Assembly (NCBI GenBank): GCA_004764695.1
Contig: SMSO01000025.1
Coordinates: forward strand, 868,001 to 932,000
Direction: 5' to 3'
Origin: Schizochytrium sp. TIO01
Lineage: Eukaryota > Protista > Bigyra: Labyrinthulomycetes
Length of the DNA stretch: 64,000 nt
A program made the translations under genes and the position numbers. Below, one piece after another: positions 51,501 to 61,774 of the stretch. Below the pieces are notes generated by a model. The model searched no databases. It saw nothing but the letters and a program-made list of their open reading frames with translations, and had not been told where the DNA came from. Numbering within the stretch: position 1 is the stretch's first letter; every line of letters begins with the position of its first letter.

Positions 51501-54500
51501 CGACACTAAAGTCACGGATTATTGAGGTCTTTAAAGCCTTTTTCCTGGATGAATTTCAATCAATGTCAAGCAACTTTTGGACGAAGTTCATGGAAGCCAC
51601 TGAGGAAAATCTCGGTACTAGTACGGAAAAAAACAATGTGTCTCTGCCAAAAATAAATTTCAAGCAGTCAAGTCTTTTTCAAATGGTAGCAAACGATGGA
51701 TCTGGTCGCAGTTTCTTTCAAGTCATAAGCGGGCTCTTCCACCACGTGAGAAAGGGATGCCTCAGTGATCCACTCAATATGATTTTGCAGACTCGTACAC
51801 ATGATGGGAAACGCCTCGTTGCGAGACGTAGCACGAATGGAAGCAAAGCTTTTCATAGATTTCTGTCCACTTGCATTGCATACAAAATTATGGGTCTTGC
51901 TCGAGCTGACATTGTAATTTCTGTGAATGTTGCTGCATACAACAAATCACGTTTAGTAAAGCTAGAAGGCCTGCCACAGTACTATAAGTATCAACCTTTG
52001 AGTCATCGCCTCATTCAGAACTCAATTGTACATCAGGCCTTCAAATCAATGGCCAAGAGCAACCTTCCGTATCCGAATACTGGGCTTCCTGTATGCACAC
52101 AAGCGTCGCTGAGTCATAGCTTAGCTGCTAACTCTAATATCAGAAATCCTCTAACTGAGGAGGATCTCTTTGGGTCATCCAACATGGCTTTACTCGTCCT
52201 TCCTCTTTTAGACTTAGCAAAGACTGAAAAATATTCTGGAAGTGTTGCTCTTGCCGCAAGAGTCGGAAGTGAAATCACAGCTTTCCTGTATGCTTTAGGA
52301 TTAGAGGACGCTAAATATTGCCAAAGAAAGAAAAGCCTACAGGGAGCGCCATCTATAGACGTGATTCAACGTATGCTTGTCGAGCTCAACGGCGAAACAA
52401 TCAAATCCCAAAGAGGAACCGTTAAAGATCTTCGAGACAAGAATTATCTCTTCAGTCTTGGGATAAAATTCATCGAAAAACATAAAGCAGATGAAGTAAA
52501 AGATCACATCAAAGTTTTTTCTCTCTTATGCGATCAAGCTGCGAATATCTGCAAGTCAGAGGTAAAACTGAAAGTTTACACCCAAGGGGAAAGTGGAGGG
52601 GACAATTTTACCATGTGGAGCTACCACACAGGTTCTAGATCAAACTCTCTGTCCAGATCCCTTCACATAGGTAGAACTGCACGGGTGCCTGGAGCTACCC
52701 GAGCTAGCTTTCATGGTATGCGACTCCCATTCCAAGGTACCAACCGAGTCGCCGCTCTGGAAGCTGTAGATCATTGGATTGCCTTTCAGCAATCTCCATT
52801 ATCTAGCGATGAAAGTTTCCGAAATGAACAGGGCTACTCAACCAAGAACCCCGTCACCCCAACAGTTATTGGCGGCGTTGCACTTGACAAATTACTTAAC
52901 GATGGCAAACAACCAGAGACGAGTTTTGTCATTCCCCCAGGAAGAAAGCTCCTATCTGAAGCTTCTCCAATACCTTTCGTTGCTGTGGGAGGGAACAAAA
53001 GTCAAAAGGCAGAGAGAAAGTTGTTTTCTAATCTACAAACGATAGGTAGGTTTTCCCTCCAGACAACTGACCCACGACATGACTTTCGTGCCTTCGAGAG
53101 ACTTTGGTCCAGCTATACAGCAAGCCCAAGCTGGGGCTATCCTCCATTGTACCATCCAGATTTTGGGGAGGGAATAACGATTCGCCCCAAAACAGCAGCA
53201 ATGCTAAGAGAATATGCCTTGTGGCGCCAACGGCAGCGTGGAAATTGCAAAGCTCATCGTGACAAAACTGTCACTCTACTTGGGCAGTCGTTGGAGTGTT
53301 CCGAAGATGCAGCAGTACCAGACTTTAACATGAAACTTCTGTATTCACCAAATATGATCGGTAAAGAAGCTCTAGAAGAGCAGGACCTCAGAGATGCTCA
53401 AGAGTTTGCTGCTTCAGATGAATCGTTGGGTGGACTTTCCGCCCTTTGGATGGGGCCCTCACAAGCATCAAACTTCACATCGAACCCAGTTATGGTTGGA
53501 GTAGAACCCGAGCTTGGTATGAGTAAAGTTGAGCAGATGGAGAGTTACACTCCAATTCCTACGGAACCTTGGAGAACAATAAAAAATTTAAATGCACACA
53601 AGTATTGCTCAAACTGCCATCGGCCAAACCAAGTCCATCGACAGTGGAAAATTCCATTTGGTCCCTCCTGTCGGCTTGGTAAATCGTTTCCAAATATAGT
53701 ATTGTTTACTCGTGCACAGTTCAAACGAGAGTCCAAAATAAAAGTTCGCAGTTGCTCAAAACAAATCGTTAAAGCTTCTATCACTGATGTAAAGTCAACA
53801 GTGCAAACGACAGAAACAAAAAGAATGCTCGACGCGGAGGCGGATATGGGTACCGACAAAAGGGCCAGATATCAGGAGCCCTTAGCTACAAGGGGAACTG
53901 ACCTCGAAGCGGTGAGTCGGTCTTCTCTGACCATGGATGAAAAGTCTTTCTGGCAAGGGTCTGCGAAAATACTTTATAGTCTTGATCCCAATTTAATTCT
54001 GAAACTTCCATGTTTTAGATTCGGAGATACTCAGGTCGTGCCTTACCAGATTCAAGTCGTTGACATTCTGCCTGCTTTCCGCCGAGAAAGCACGTACGAA
54101 GACTGGACAGACATTAAAATCAATACGAAGAAACTCGAAAAGGAAAATGACATTTCCAGTGATAGTCCAGAACTTTATATGAACAACTTTCTGTTGGATG
54201 CGTGGTGCTCTCTCAAATGTGAGAACAACAGATTCAAAACTTCTTCAAAACCTTGCTGCGTTTTTGTATCTCCACATGCCTATGAAGCACTCCTTCAGCC
54301 AGAACATCCGAACAAAGAGGGGTTTTCTGAGTATGTGCACAAAGCAATTGTTGCCTCAATCCCAGATTCGAATTGGGAAGACAACACAAAAGTTTATATT
54401 CGAGGGGGAAATATGCCACCCCGTATTAAAGTACCAGCATGCGTGGATTATGTTTTCTTCCCTGTGCTGTTCAGCAATCATTGGACCCTTACATTTATCG

Positions 54501-55236
54501 ACTTTCGCTCGAACGAATGTGTCATTTTCGATCCAAAGGCGGCTTCGGTAGGCACACAGCGGAGAACTGCCAATCGAATATGTCTTGAAATCTTGTTTGG
54601 GCCTGATCACAGAGATAAACCCTGGTCTGAGGTGTCGGGGCACCAACACAACAGCCATGATTGTGGGTATCACGTCGCTGCTCTGATGCATGGACTTTCT
54701 CAGCATGAAACAATTGTGGACGTTGACCCGGTTAAGTACTGGAAATCCAGAATTATTTCCAATATCCGTGAAGAAGACATGCCAACGGTTCACCGACCAT
54801 CGTTTGCCCTTGACATAGTGAAACCTTTGTGGAAGGAAAATTTAAAAGAATTACAAGGTGAAACTATCGAGTCTACCATCATGAACGCGAATAAAAGTTG
54901 CAATACATCCGCACTCGAAGCATTTTGCCTGAAGTTAAAAAGAGTTTCGGACCAAAGTACCCCGATTGAATTTATGCTTAATCGATTACAATCAAGCTTT
55001 ACTAGTTGATCCTTGATAGCAGCTAACAAATAAAAAAGATATTGAATTCTCTATAGCGAGACTTTGACTATGTGGATAAACCAAGGTGGAGAGAAAACGA
55101 GGTTTGATTAATAGATCTATCATGATATTGTTCCCTTTGTTCCCTTATGTTATCCTGTTGTCCGATTTTTGTATATATGCCCTAACCGCAGTGGTGAGCG
55201 CCCCCGGTCGACTTCTGAAACTTTTGACTTTAAAAT
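48558..55236 (+). mobile_element. Putative ~6.7-kb DNA transposon carrying the 1906-aa ORF
   Basis: Transposase-like ORF, plus imperfect inverted similarity between 48558-48650 and 55125-55236. Boundaries are uncertain and no TSD was identified. Confidence 0.5.
49289..55009 (+). CDS. Transposase-like polyprotein: DUF6729-like Zn domain, DDxH-type RNase H-fold core, Ulp1/C48 protease
   Basis: N-terminal WWP..CPGC..PREIIG..TRRYTCKRC..DPRVL..LTKRAGI..ESH. Core motifs ISIDCTFK (D563), TITNEYNQV, VWTDTCC (D644), RLDLFHW (D667/H670) and RSTNGSKAFH. C-terminal FFPVLFSNHW (H1731), IFDP (D1748) and HQHNSHDCG (Q1786/C1792). Confidence 0.85.
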   Translation: MDEDFIKEVLNDVVENSASDSSVWGSSSRGWDGDVESDGIESEIDDSEDAGSVYSDGTIEDEDNDEVVERHKVGERTKRISACQDDFIKSMRQKAENTSVYDMNKVHNSTIFSPMAMTWVHRPSKALTPEGMHVRPVGIWWPSKMFKSMKGKIPCPGCNKDPSCRIQAGLVSYDDGFWTDSPREIIGWCETWFLQTRRYTCKRCGLTFKNSDPRVLRLCPEEVRICFNLVLTKRAGIERELSRWAYSMWVKSPAWCVAQIRESHVRHFGRLESEYYSRAVTALQKFIISGKNSKLNGKISDHFKNRIDPESGETKPMKATLDDEEAPTLDEQNDENFAESFLSVKVEQVKGFGKEKQKVLMNIFNVARPSVHDCFTGLSIFLQQRNLLDVLQEKRFDFLSNKNRMDKRIKTLTTWKDNLLKFLFEQVESDAGKAAGYGSTSGEPGESALTVQEAIKKAQRALVRRDARNSRNHKKRQAAIEQAKQRAFEVQRDKQYTEEDRCDKVNPSTQLQKFGYFDDPEGYNGLLVGSRLIDGVSLHHYQHEARPLLYETVSYSARFISIDCTFKIPDRIVVYLTQDDKSRLVLRPHQALLTITNEYNQVVYHAALANSENNSEIKAVLERFRRIRVEMGEKDYKPDCVWTDTCCSRSKGIIEEVFGKDVPVRLDLFHWLRRLDPIMSTKPTCPRRLAFQRALVDAFIMRNSEEVKKVEEEHKGRHQKYIRKKIAETVPGNIPGPTTLKSRIIEVFKAFFLDEFQSMSSNFWTKFMEATEENLGTSTEKNNVSLPKINFKQSSLFQMVANDGSGRSFFQVISGLFHHVRKGCLSDPLNMILQTRTHDGKRLVARRSTNGSKAFHRFLSTCIAYKIMGLARADIVISVNVAAYNKSRLVKLEGLPQYYKYQPLSHRLIQNSIVHQAFKSMAKSNLPYPNTGLPVCTQASLSHSLAANSNIRNPLTEEDLFGSSNMALLVLPLLDLAKTEKYSGSVALAARVGSEITAFLYALGLEDAKYCQRKKSLQGAPSIDVIQRMLVELNGETIKSQRGTVKDLRDKNYLFSLGIKFIEKHKADEVKDHIKVFSLLCDQAANICKSEVKLKVYTQGESGGDNFTMWSYHTGSRSNSLSRSLHIGRTARVPGATRASFHGMRLPFQGTNRVAALEAVDHWIAFQQSPLSSDESFRNEQGYSTKNPVTPTVIGGVALDKLLNDGKQPETSFVIPPGRKLLSEASPIPFVAVGGNKSQKAERKLFSNLQTIGRFSLQTTDPRHDFRAFERLWSSYTASPSWGYPPLYHPDFGEGITIRPKTAAMLREYALWRQRQRGNCKAHRDKTVTLLGQSLECSEDAAVPDFNMKLLYSPNMIGKEALEEQDLRDAQEFAASDESLGGLSALWMGPSQASNFTSNPVMVGVEPELGMSKVEQMESYTPIPTEPWRTIKNLNAHKYCSNCHRPNQVHRQWKIPFGPSCRLGKSFPNIVLFTRAQFKRESKIKVRSCSKQIVKASITDVKSTVQTTETKRMLDAEADMGTDKRARYQEPLATRGTDLEAVSRSSLTMDEKSFWQGSAKILYSLDPNLILKLPCFRFGDTQVVPYQIQVVDILPAFRRESTYEDWTDIKINTKKLEKENDISSDSPELYMNNFLLDAWCSLKCENNRFKTSSKPCCVFVSPHAYEALLQPEHPNKEGFSEYVHKAIVASIPDSNWEDNTKVYIRGGNMPPRIKVPACVDYVFFPVLFSNHWTLTFIDFRSNECVIFDPKAASVGTQRRTANRICLEILFGPDHRDKPWSEVSGHQHNSHDCGYHVAALMHGLSQHETIVDVDPVKYWKSRIISNIREEDMPTVHRPSFALDIVKPLWKENLKELQGETIESTIMNANKSCNTSALEAFCLKLKRVSDQSTPIEFMLNRLQSSFTS

Positions 55237-56006
55237 ATAATATAATATAAATAATACCCATATATGAGCCTCTTGTCTACATTCCACAGCACTCTTAGCA
55301 GGTGTCAACATTAAGTACATGCAAACAACGCATGGCTCTATATACTAAGAATGGGTGGAGGAAGGTGATGGTTTTCTCACTGTCTTGAAACACTTTAAAT
55401 ATTGTTGTCTACTAACCACCATGATACCTAACTTACTATGTTGCTAAGTTGCTATGCGGAAATCTTTCCTTCAATCCAATTACTGAGGAATTCACTTGGA
55501 TGATAGTTTCAACAACTGATACTAGGATCAGGATCTAATCATAGTTTGGCTGCTTAAATCTCCAATCGAAGGGTTGAGTAGGTAAAGACTTAGCAATTGT
55601 AAGCGTATCTTGAAGCTTGCTTCATTTCCTTCGCTTCCTGACACAGGCGCATCAAATATTGACTGGCACATCACCATGACAGCGGTCACAAATGGTTCCT
55701 TTAAGCCTTGTGAAGCTACGAGGTAGTGATATGTTAGTTGTTTTTCCTCAGTACAGTGTTTGACTTATTCATGTCTTGGCCCCTGGTCGATTGATTTCTC
55801 AATCGCAGATAGGAAGGATCTAAGAGGTATATACTGTCAAGGGGATGAGAGACGAAGGCAGCCAGGATAACGGGTTATTCTAACCTCATCAGCTATGCGT
55901 AATACAGATAAATTATGTGCTGCTCTGAGAAATTAAATATGTATTAATCCACTCTGGTGTCCATCTTGAAGGTGGGGAGATCGCTACCTCAAAAATCATA
56001 CTTGTT

Positions 56007-59000
56007 GTCCTGGCCCTCTGGCCTATTTCTATACAAGTTGCCTAATGAATGTATTCCCCCGACATTTCATTTTTTTAAACAGAGAAAACTCTCACTTCCT
56101 TCAAGTTAATTAATAAGAAAAGTAAAAGAAATTCCTTTTAATCGAAGATTTTCTGGACTTACAAGAGTTCGTCTTATCATGCACGCTATCGTGCGATAAG
56201 GCAATCTTTAAAGATGAATGAAAATTTCATAAAGTCAAAGATGTCCTGGAATCGTATCAATGCCTTCAGATTGGATTCGCCTTTACATTTCAAATCAAGA
56301 GATAAAATATCGAGAAAACTTCACTTCTTTCAAGTCTAAGGATCTTTAAAACTGCAATCTTCAAAGATGAATGAAAATTTCATAAAGTCAAAGATGTCCT
56401 GGAATCGTATCAATAAGGGCGTCACACATCGTTATTTTGAAGAAGCTTCACAATCAGTTCATACCCAAACTATCAGTAACATTATCGCTGTAAGACAGAT
56501 AACAACTGCTCAGCCTACGCATAGCTATCCTAACTTGCTCACACAAATTTATGTTCCAAAGAGATGCAATTAAGCCCCGCGTACATATTGGACATGCTAA
56601 CGTCTTAGACTAGCCTTTTTTCATGAGCTCATTAATTCCTCTGGGTGCCTTGTTCTTCACTCAACCAGGGCTCACGACAAGATCCACTTAATTGACCAGC
56701 CCCTTGGTTTTTCTTTCCCTCCTCGATCCAACTCTCAATTAATTAGAGGTTATACCGCAGGGTTATACCTGCTGCTGACGAGGGGTCATTTGCCATGGTT
56801 TTTCATAGCCCTTAACACTCTGATAATATACGATTATATTGCAAATTAGTGTGAGGCGATCACTAAGAGGTAGCGTGGGTAGAGAGGGATGAAGGAAAAC
56901 AATTCTTAGAATCAACACTTAGGAACAATTGACAAAGTCCATTTTCCAAGTCTAGGTTTTGGACTTGTTCGAGACACACTGGGATGGATGATCAGTTCGA
57001 CACTTAGCTGTTATACTTCAATTAATCCAGATAGTTTAGATAAAACATATAATATTGTACCAACCTTGGTCTCTGGTAATGTAATAGTGAACGTTGTTTC
57101 CATACAATAAAATAACCCTTCGGTTGATAATCTCAACATGTATATTTTGAATATATATATATAGATAGATAAATTATCTCCAGACAAGCTATGAGATAAA
57201 GAAATAATTAGGTTTGAAGATATTGGGATGAAATGATGATATTCAAAGAGGAAGTAGGAGAAGGGAAAATTTACTCACAGATAGAGAAAAACATATTAGG
57301 TAGGGCGAGAAGACAACCCGACTTGGTGGGTTCTTATGGTTGACCCATAACATAAAAAAGCTGAGATAGAATATTGTACTAAAGTTGTTACATTCGTTAC
57401 TCGTGATCAGTGTCGTAAGATTTCGTGTGAGAGGCAATAAAATATTATTGTGGTACATGTGTATACACGTGAATACGAAAGATATACTAAACGAACTCTT
57501 GATAACTACAGCACTCACTACCTTTCAAAAAATACTGAAAGGTTAGTTGCCATGGGAAAATAAAATGAAATAATAAAGTCATAAATAGAGCATCTGAATA
57601 AAAAAACTAATTCAGCAATTACAATGTCAATCAAGAATCCAATCGTGCTGTGTTTGTTGATTTCAAAGACTGGGGCTTACTTTACTTACATAGCCCATTT
57701 AATTAATTAACTTAACTGTATTATTTCATTTATATATCTATAATAGTACTCACTCTATATATTATATATTATATTCTACATGTAAATATGAATACATATA
57801 CGTCATGTATTTATTCCATTATATGAATGATAGATAGATAGATAGATCATAGGTCACACTTCCCAATCAAATGTATACATATCACTCGCTACACTGTATT
57901 ACTACAATAGGTAGGCTTTTTTTGTTTCAGAAAGTTATATAATAATATAATAGTAAGTAACATGGCGTTTTTTAATCTAAGATTATTTGTCTCATAAATA
58001 GTTCGAAAAGCTCTGGCTCTTGAAAATGATAATATTTAATGATATAAGTATTATTTGTTCAATTAATCAGTGATTTATTTGTCAGGTCAAATATTTTATC
58101 AACAAAAATACTAATATTATTTAAATTTGACAAAATATAACTTATTAATTAAATTTAATTTTTTAACCATAATTCAAATATTTAAAAAATAATTATTTTA
58201 CAGTTATAACATATATTTTGTTTTTATTGCTTGATTTATTATAATTTTCATTATTAATGTTAAGCAATATAAAATGAAAGATTTTGGTGACACAAACTAT
58301 GCACAGCTCGCTTGATATGTTCTTTCATTATTACTAATAATACTATCTGCAGACATAGATATATAAATAAGATAACGTTAACGATCAAATTGTGTAATTT
58401 TCTCTTGTTCACATCAGAGATCATTCAAATGTAAATAATTAAAGTCACTAATTTAATAATAATAATTTATATATAAATATATACTACATATTTGATAATA
58501 TAGCTGCTTTGCGCTTCCACGCTAATGAATTAAAAAGATTCAACAAGCATAGAGCGCGAAAGCTTCAGAAATTTGTTTATTTGTTCCCTCCCTCCCTTGT
58601 AAGGCGGGTGCCAAAGCTGTCCAAGACTGGCCATATAGTACTACTTAGTACGTACGACATGACTTTCAAAGGCAAGACTTTTAAAAAATTTAACGAAACA
58701 CATCTTTGACACCATGCATGCATGATGTCTCGTTCCCTGATTGATCGAGACGCAATCGGGGGAACGAAGTTAAGGCTAGCCGCGGAAAAGTGGAGGGAAA
58801 GAGGATGCGTGCGGAGAGCGCAGTCGCAACTCTTTGAGAAAACTTAAACTGGTGAGTGAGTTAAGCTAAAGCGGAGACTAAAGGAGCCTTGCTAGGTGTG
58901 AGCGTGGTGAGACTCTGGTGGCTGTATTCAGCCGGAGGTTTTGGGTATGCTTGGGTAGGTGTGTAAGTTATCTTGCTGCACGGTAGCGTGCACGATAACT

Positions 59001-61700
59001 TGTTGTGCGATAGCGTGCACGGTAAGAGGAAATCTTTTATCGGTAAAAGATTTTCGATAAAAGGAAAATTTCTTTTTAACTTTCCTTTTAAGTGAAAAGT
59101 AAAAGAAATTGTGGGTTGAAAGTTTTCTCTGGTTTTTCTTGATATGGAATATGAGGCGAATGCATTCATTAGACAACTTGTATGGAAATAGCCTAGAGGG
59201 CCAGGACAATGACTCATTTGCTGCATCCAATGAACGAAGGGAACAAGACGTGTCAAGCGTCGAGAGGGATTTGCAAAGCAAACCAGACAGCAGGCCCGAA
59301 ACACCCAAACGAAAAAAAGCATTTGAATCTACGCAAGTACGTACATTCAACAAGACAACCCTAGTCTCAGACTGATACTAAACTAATTTCTATCATCTTA
59401 GATATTTCCTCAACTACCTCTTAGGAATCTGATTAATCATAACAACTTCTCATTAGTTCGTTCTCTTATTGATTAGTCAGACTGAATGAATATTCAGAAT
59501 GTGTGAGCGATCTGATCACGAAGTTAATTAATAATATATATATAAATAAGCCTATTATATATATAAATAATATTATAATATTAAATGTATTTTATGAATT
59601 GAGACTGGTCGCTTATATATAGCCTAAAGGAAAACAAATCTAACTAACGTAATTACTTATATATATATAAATTGAGTTCATCATGAACCAGTAGCGATGT
59701 CGATTCATTCATGCAAGCAATTTGCACATAGTGACTGACTTTTATAATTTAGTTTTAGAACAGGGTTCGCCCTTGGTACATTCATTCACTATTAATTAAA
59801 TTAGCCGAGCAAGATAGCTAGCTGGAGTGAGGTTAGGGGCGGGGAGGTGGATTGATTGGTCTTGTAGTGCAGATTTTTTACAGAAATACTCTGGTATTAT
59901 ATGTATGACACAAGGAATCATTGTGACTTGTTTGTGATACCGACGAATCGCCAGTGACTCCAAGTTGGTATCAGAGGTCTAACGAAGAGTTTTCTGTTCA
60001 AAAGACAACAGAGGCTACCAAGAAAGAGCAACTAATCTAGACACTATAATTTCAAATTCAACCAAATGTCGAGCGAATGATAAGAAATTTAGCATTTAAA
60101 TCTAAGTATTCAATAGTTTGTATAGTCTATAGTAAGTGACTATATTGTCTAAAACTGTAATATGTCAAGAGATAATCTATATATGGGACCGGGGTATACT
60201 AGGTATTGACGAGTGGTCGGTCATTAGTCACGCCTTCTTATAGCCCCTTCACATAATTAATATAAAGTTAATTCTACATATTCTTGATAATCTTACCAAC
60301 TTGAACAGTTTGAAGTCTAGTTTTAAGTTCAAGATATTGTCTGCAACTGCCTATGTAGTATGACTAGATACCGGGCATCTTAATAATTTTAAGCATCTTG
60401 TAAATGATGCTGTCGCGTTCCCTAGTTGATTGAAATCTTTAACTTGAAAGAAATAAACGTTTTCTCTGTTGTTTTTTTCTTGATATGGAATGTAAGGCGA
60501 ATGCATTCATTAGACAACTTGTATAGAAAACTCAAACTTTGCGTATATATTTGGTAGAATCAAGTATGGAGAGATCTGTTTTGAGACAAGTTAAGCTATC
60601 ATTGTCATTTATGTCTAATACAGACGAATAATGCAGCCCCTCCCAGCCCTCTAGGCTACTTGTGGATTTATAACCACTGTGTTATCTGTCGTGAACCCTG
60701 GTGGATGAAAGGACTAAACGCAGGGAAAGAAGAGTCCGTAAGGCGAGAGTCCGTAAGGCGAGAGCCCAGCCCAGAATGTGAACAAAGAGGTTGCTTACAC
60801 GTAGCGTAATCGCAACTTGTTGAGAAAAACTAAGCTTGTGTGAATGTGTTAGATTAAGTGTACGCCAATGAATCCTGACTTGGGCGGTCTTAAAGACTCA
60901 TTTTATACCTTTACCAAGTATGGGTAATTTGGGTATGCTTGGTTGTGAGGCTTCTTCTTCTTCTTTTAGAGGTGTGGTTTCCTTGGTGCACAATAAGCGG
61001 GAAAGTTTTTTTCTCCAAAAGATTTTTGATTAAAAGGTATTTCTTTTAACTTATTTCTTCTTATTTGAAACGGAAAAGTAGAAGAAATCTTTAACTTGAA
61101 AGAAGTAAAATGTTTCCTCTGGTTTTTTCTTAAGGCAAATACATTAATTACGCAACTTGTATAGAAATAGCTTAGAGAGCCAGGACTTCATTGTCTGTGA
61201 TAGCTTTGCCTTCCTTCCTTCTTTGGGTGGCCTCCACTGCTTGAACAGCTTCACACAGGTACCTCACGGGGATAGGAAACCGGACGAACTTGAAAGAAGT
61301 TTTAGTCCTCGCTGTTTTAAAATTATTTTTTATTATTGTTATTATTTGTTTAAATGTGAAACGTAAGGCATTTATATATATATTCACCAGCAATTTGTTG
61401 AGATATCCTAGCTGCAAACCTGAATTTGTACTCGCAAACTGGAGTATCTCCTCAAATAGTTCTTTATTCTGATATAAAGACCCGCATACATTAGACACGA
61501 AAAAAAAAAGAGCTCAATTGTGTCCTGGCCCTCTAGGCTATACTGCGTTTGATTTTCAATTGACCAGGGTTCACGACAATTGTGCAAAAAATAAAAATGA
61601 GAAAAATACAAGGCCTTATTCCAATCTTGAAGTACGGACAGAGGTTTTGCCCAGACCTACCAGGCTATTTCTATGAACAATTTGCATATTTGCCTATACA
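56007..61700. repeat. Cluster of diverged copies of a ~0.5-0.7-kb repeat ending in GTCCTGGCCCTCTAGGCTA-like motifs (MITE-like)
   Basis: Copies lie at about 56007-56690 (reverse), 58815-59207, 60430-60530 (partial), 60640-61186, 61283-61410 (partial) and 61522-61700 (reverse pieces). Shared blocks include CATTCATTAG.CAACTTGTAT.GAAATAG and TTTGGGTATGCTTGG. Confidence 0.7.
56201..56414 (+). repeat. 61-bp direct repeat (56201-56261 and 56354-56414)
   Basis: GCAATCTT(T/C)AAAGATGAATGAAAATTTCATAAAGTCAAAGATGTCCTGGAATCGTATCAAT occurs twice with one mismatch. Confidence 0.9.
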
Positions 61701-61774
61701 TTTCCTATTGTCTCGAATCATCATGTTTAAAATTCATCATGCTTCTTAAAAAGAGATATACTGAGAGTAGTGCT

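Noticed and set aside
57550-58500. Very AT-rich stretch as an organellar insertion or origin
   Set aside because: No gene, tRNA or rRNA similarity is recognisable; composition alone is insufficient.
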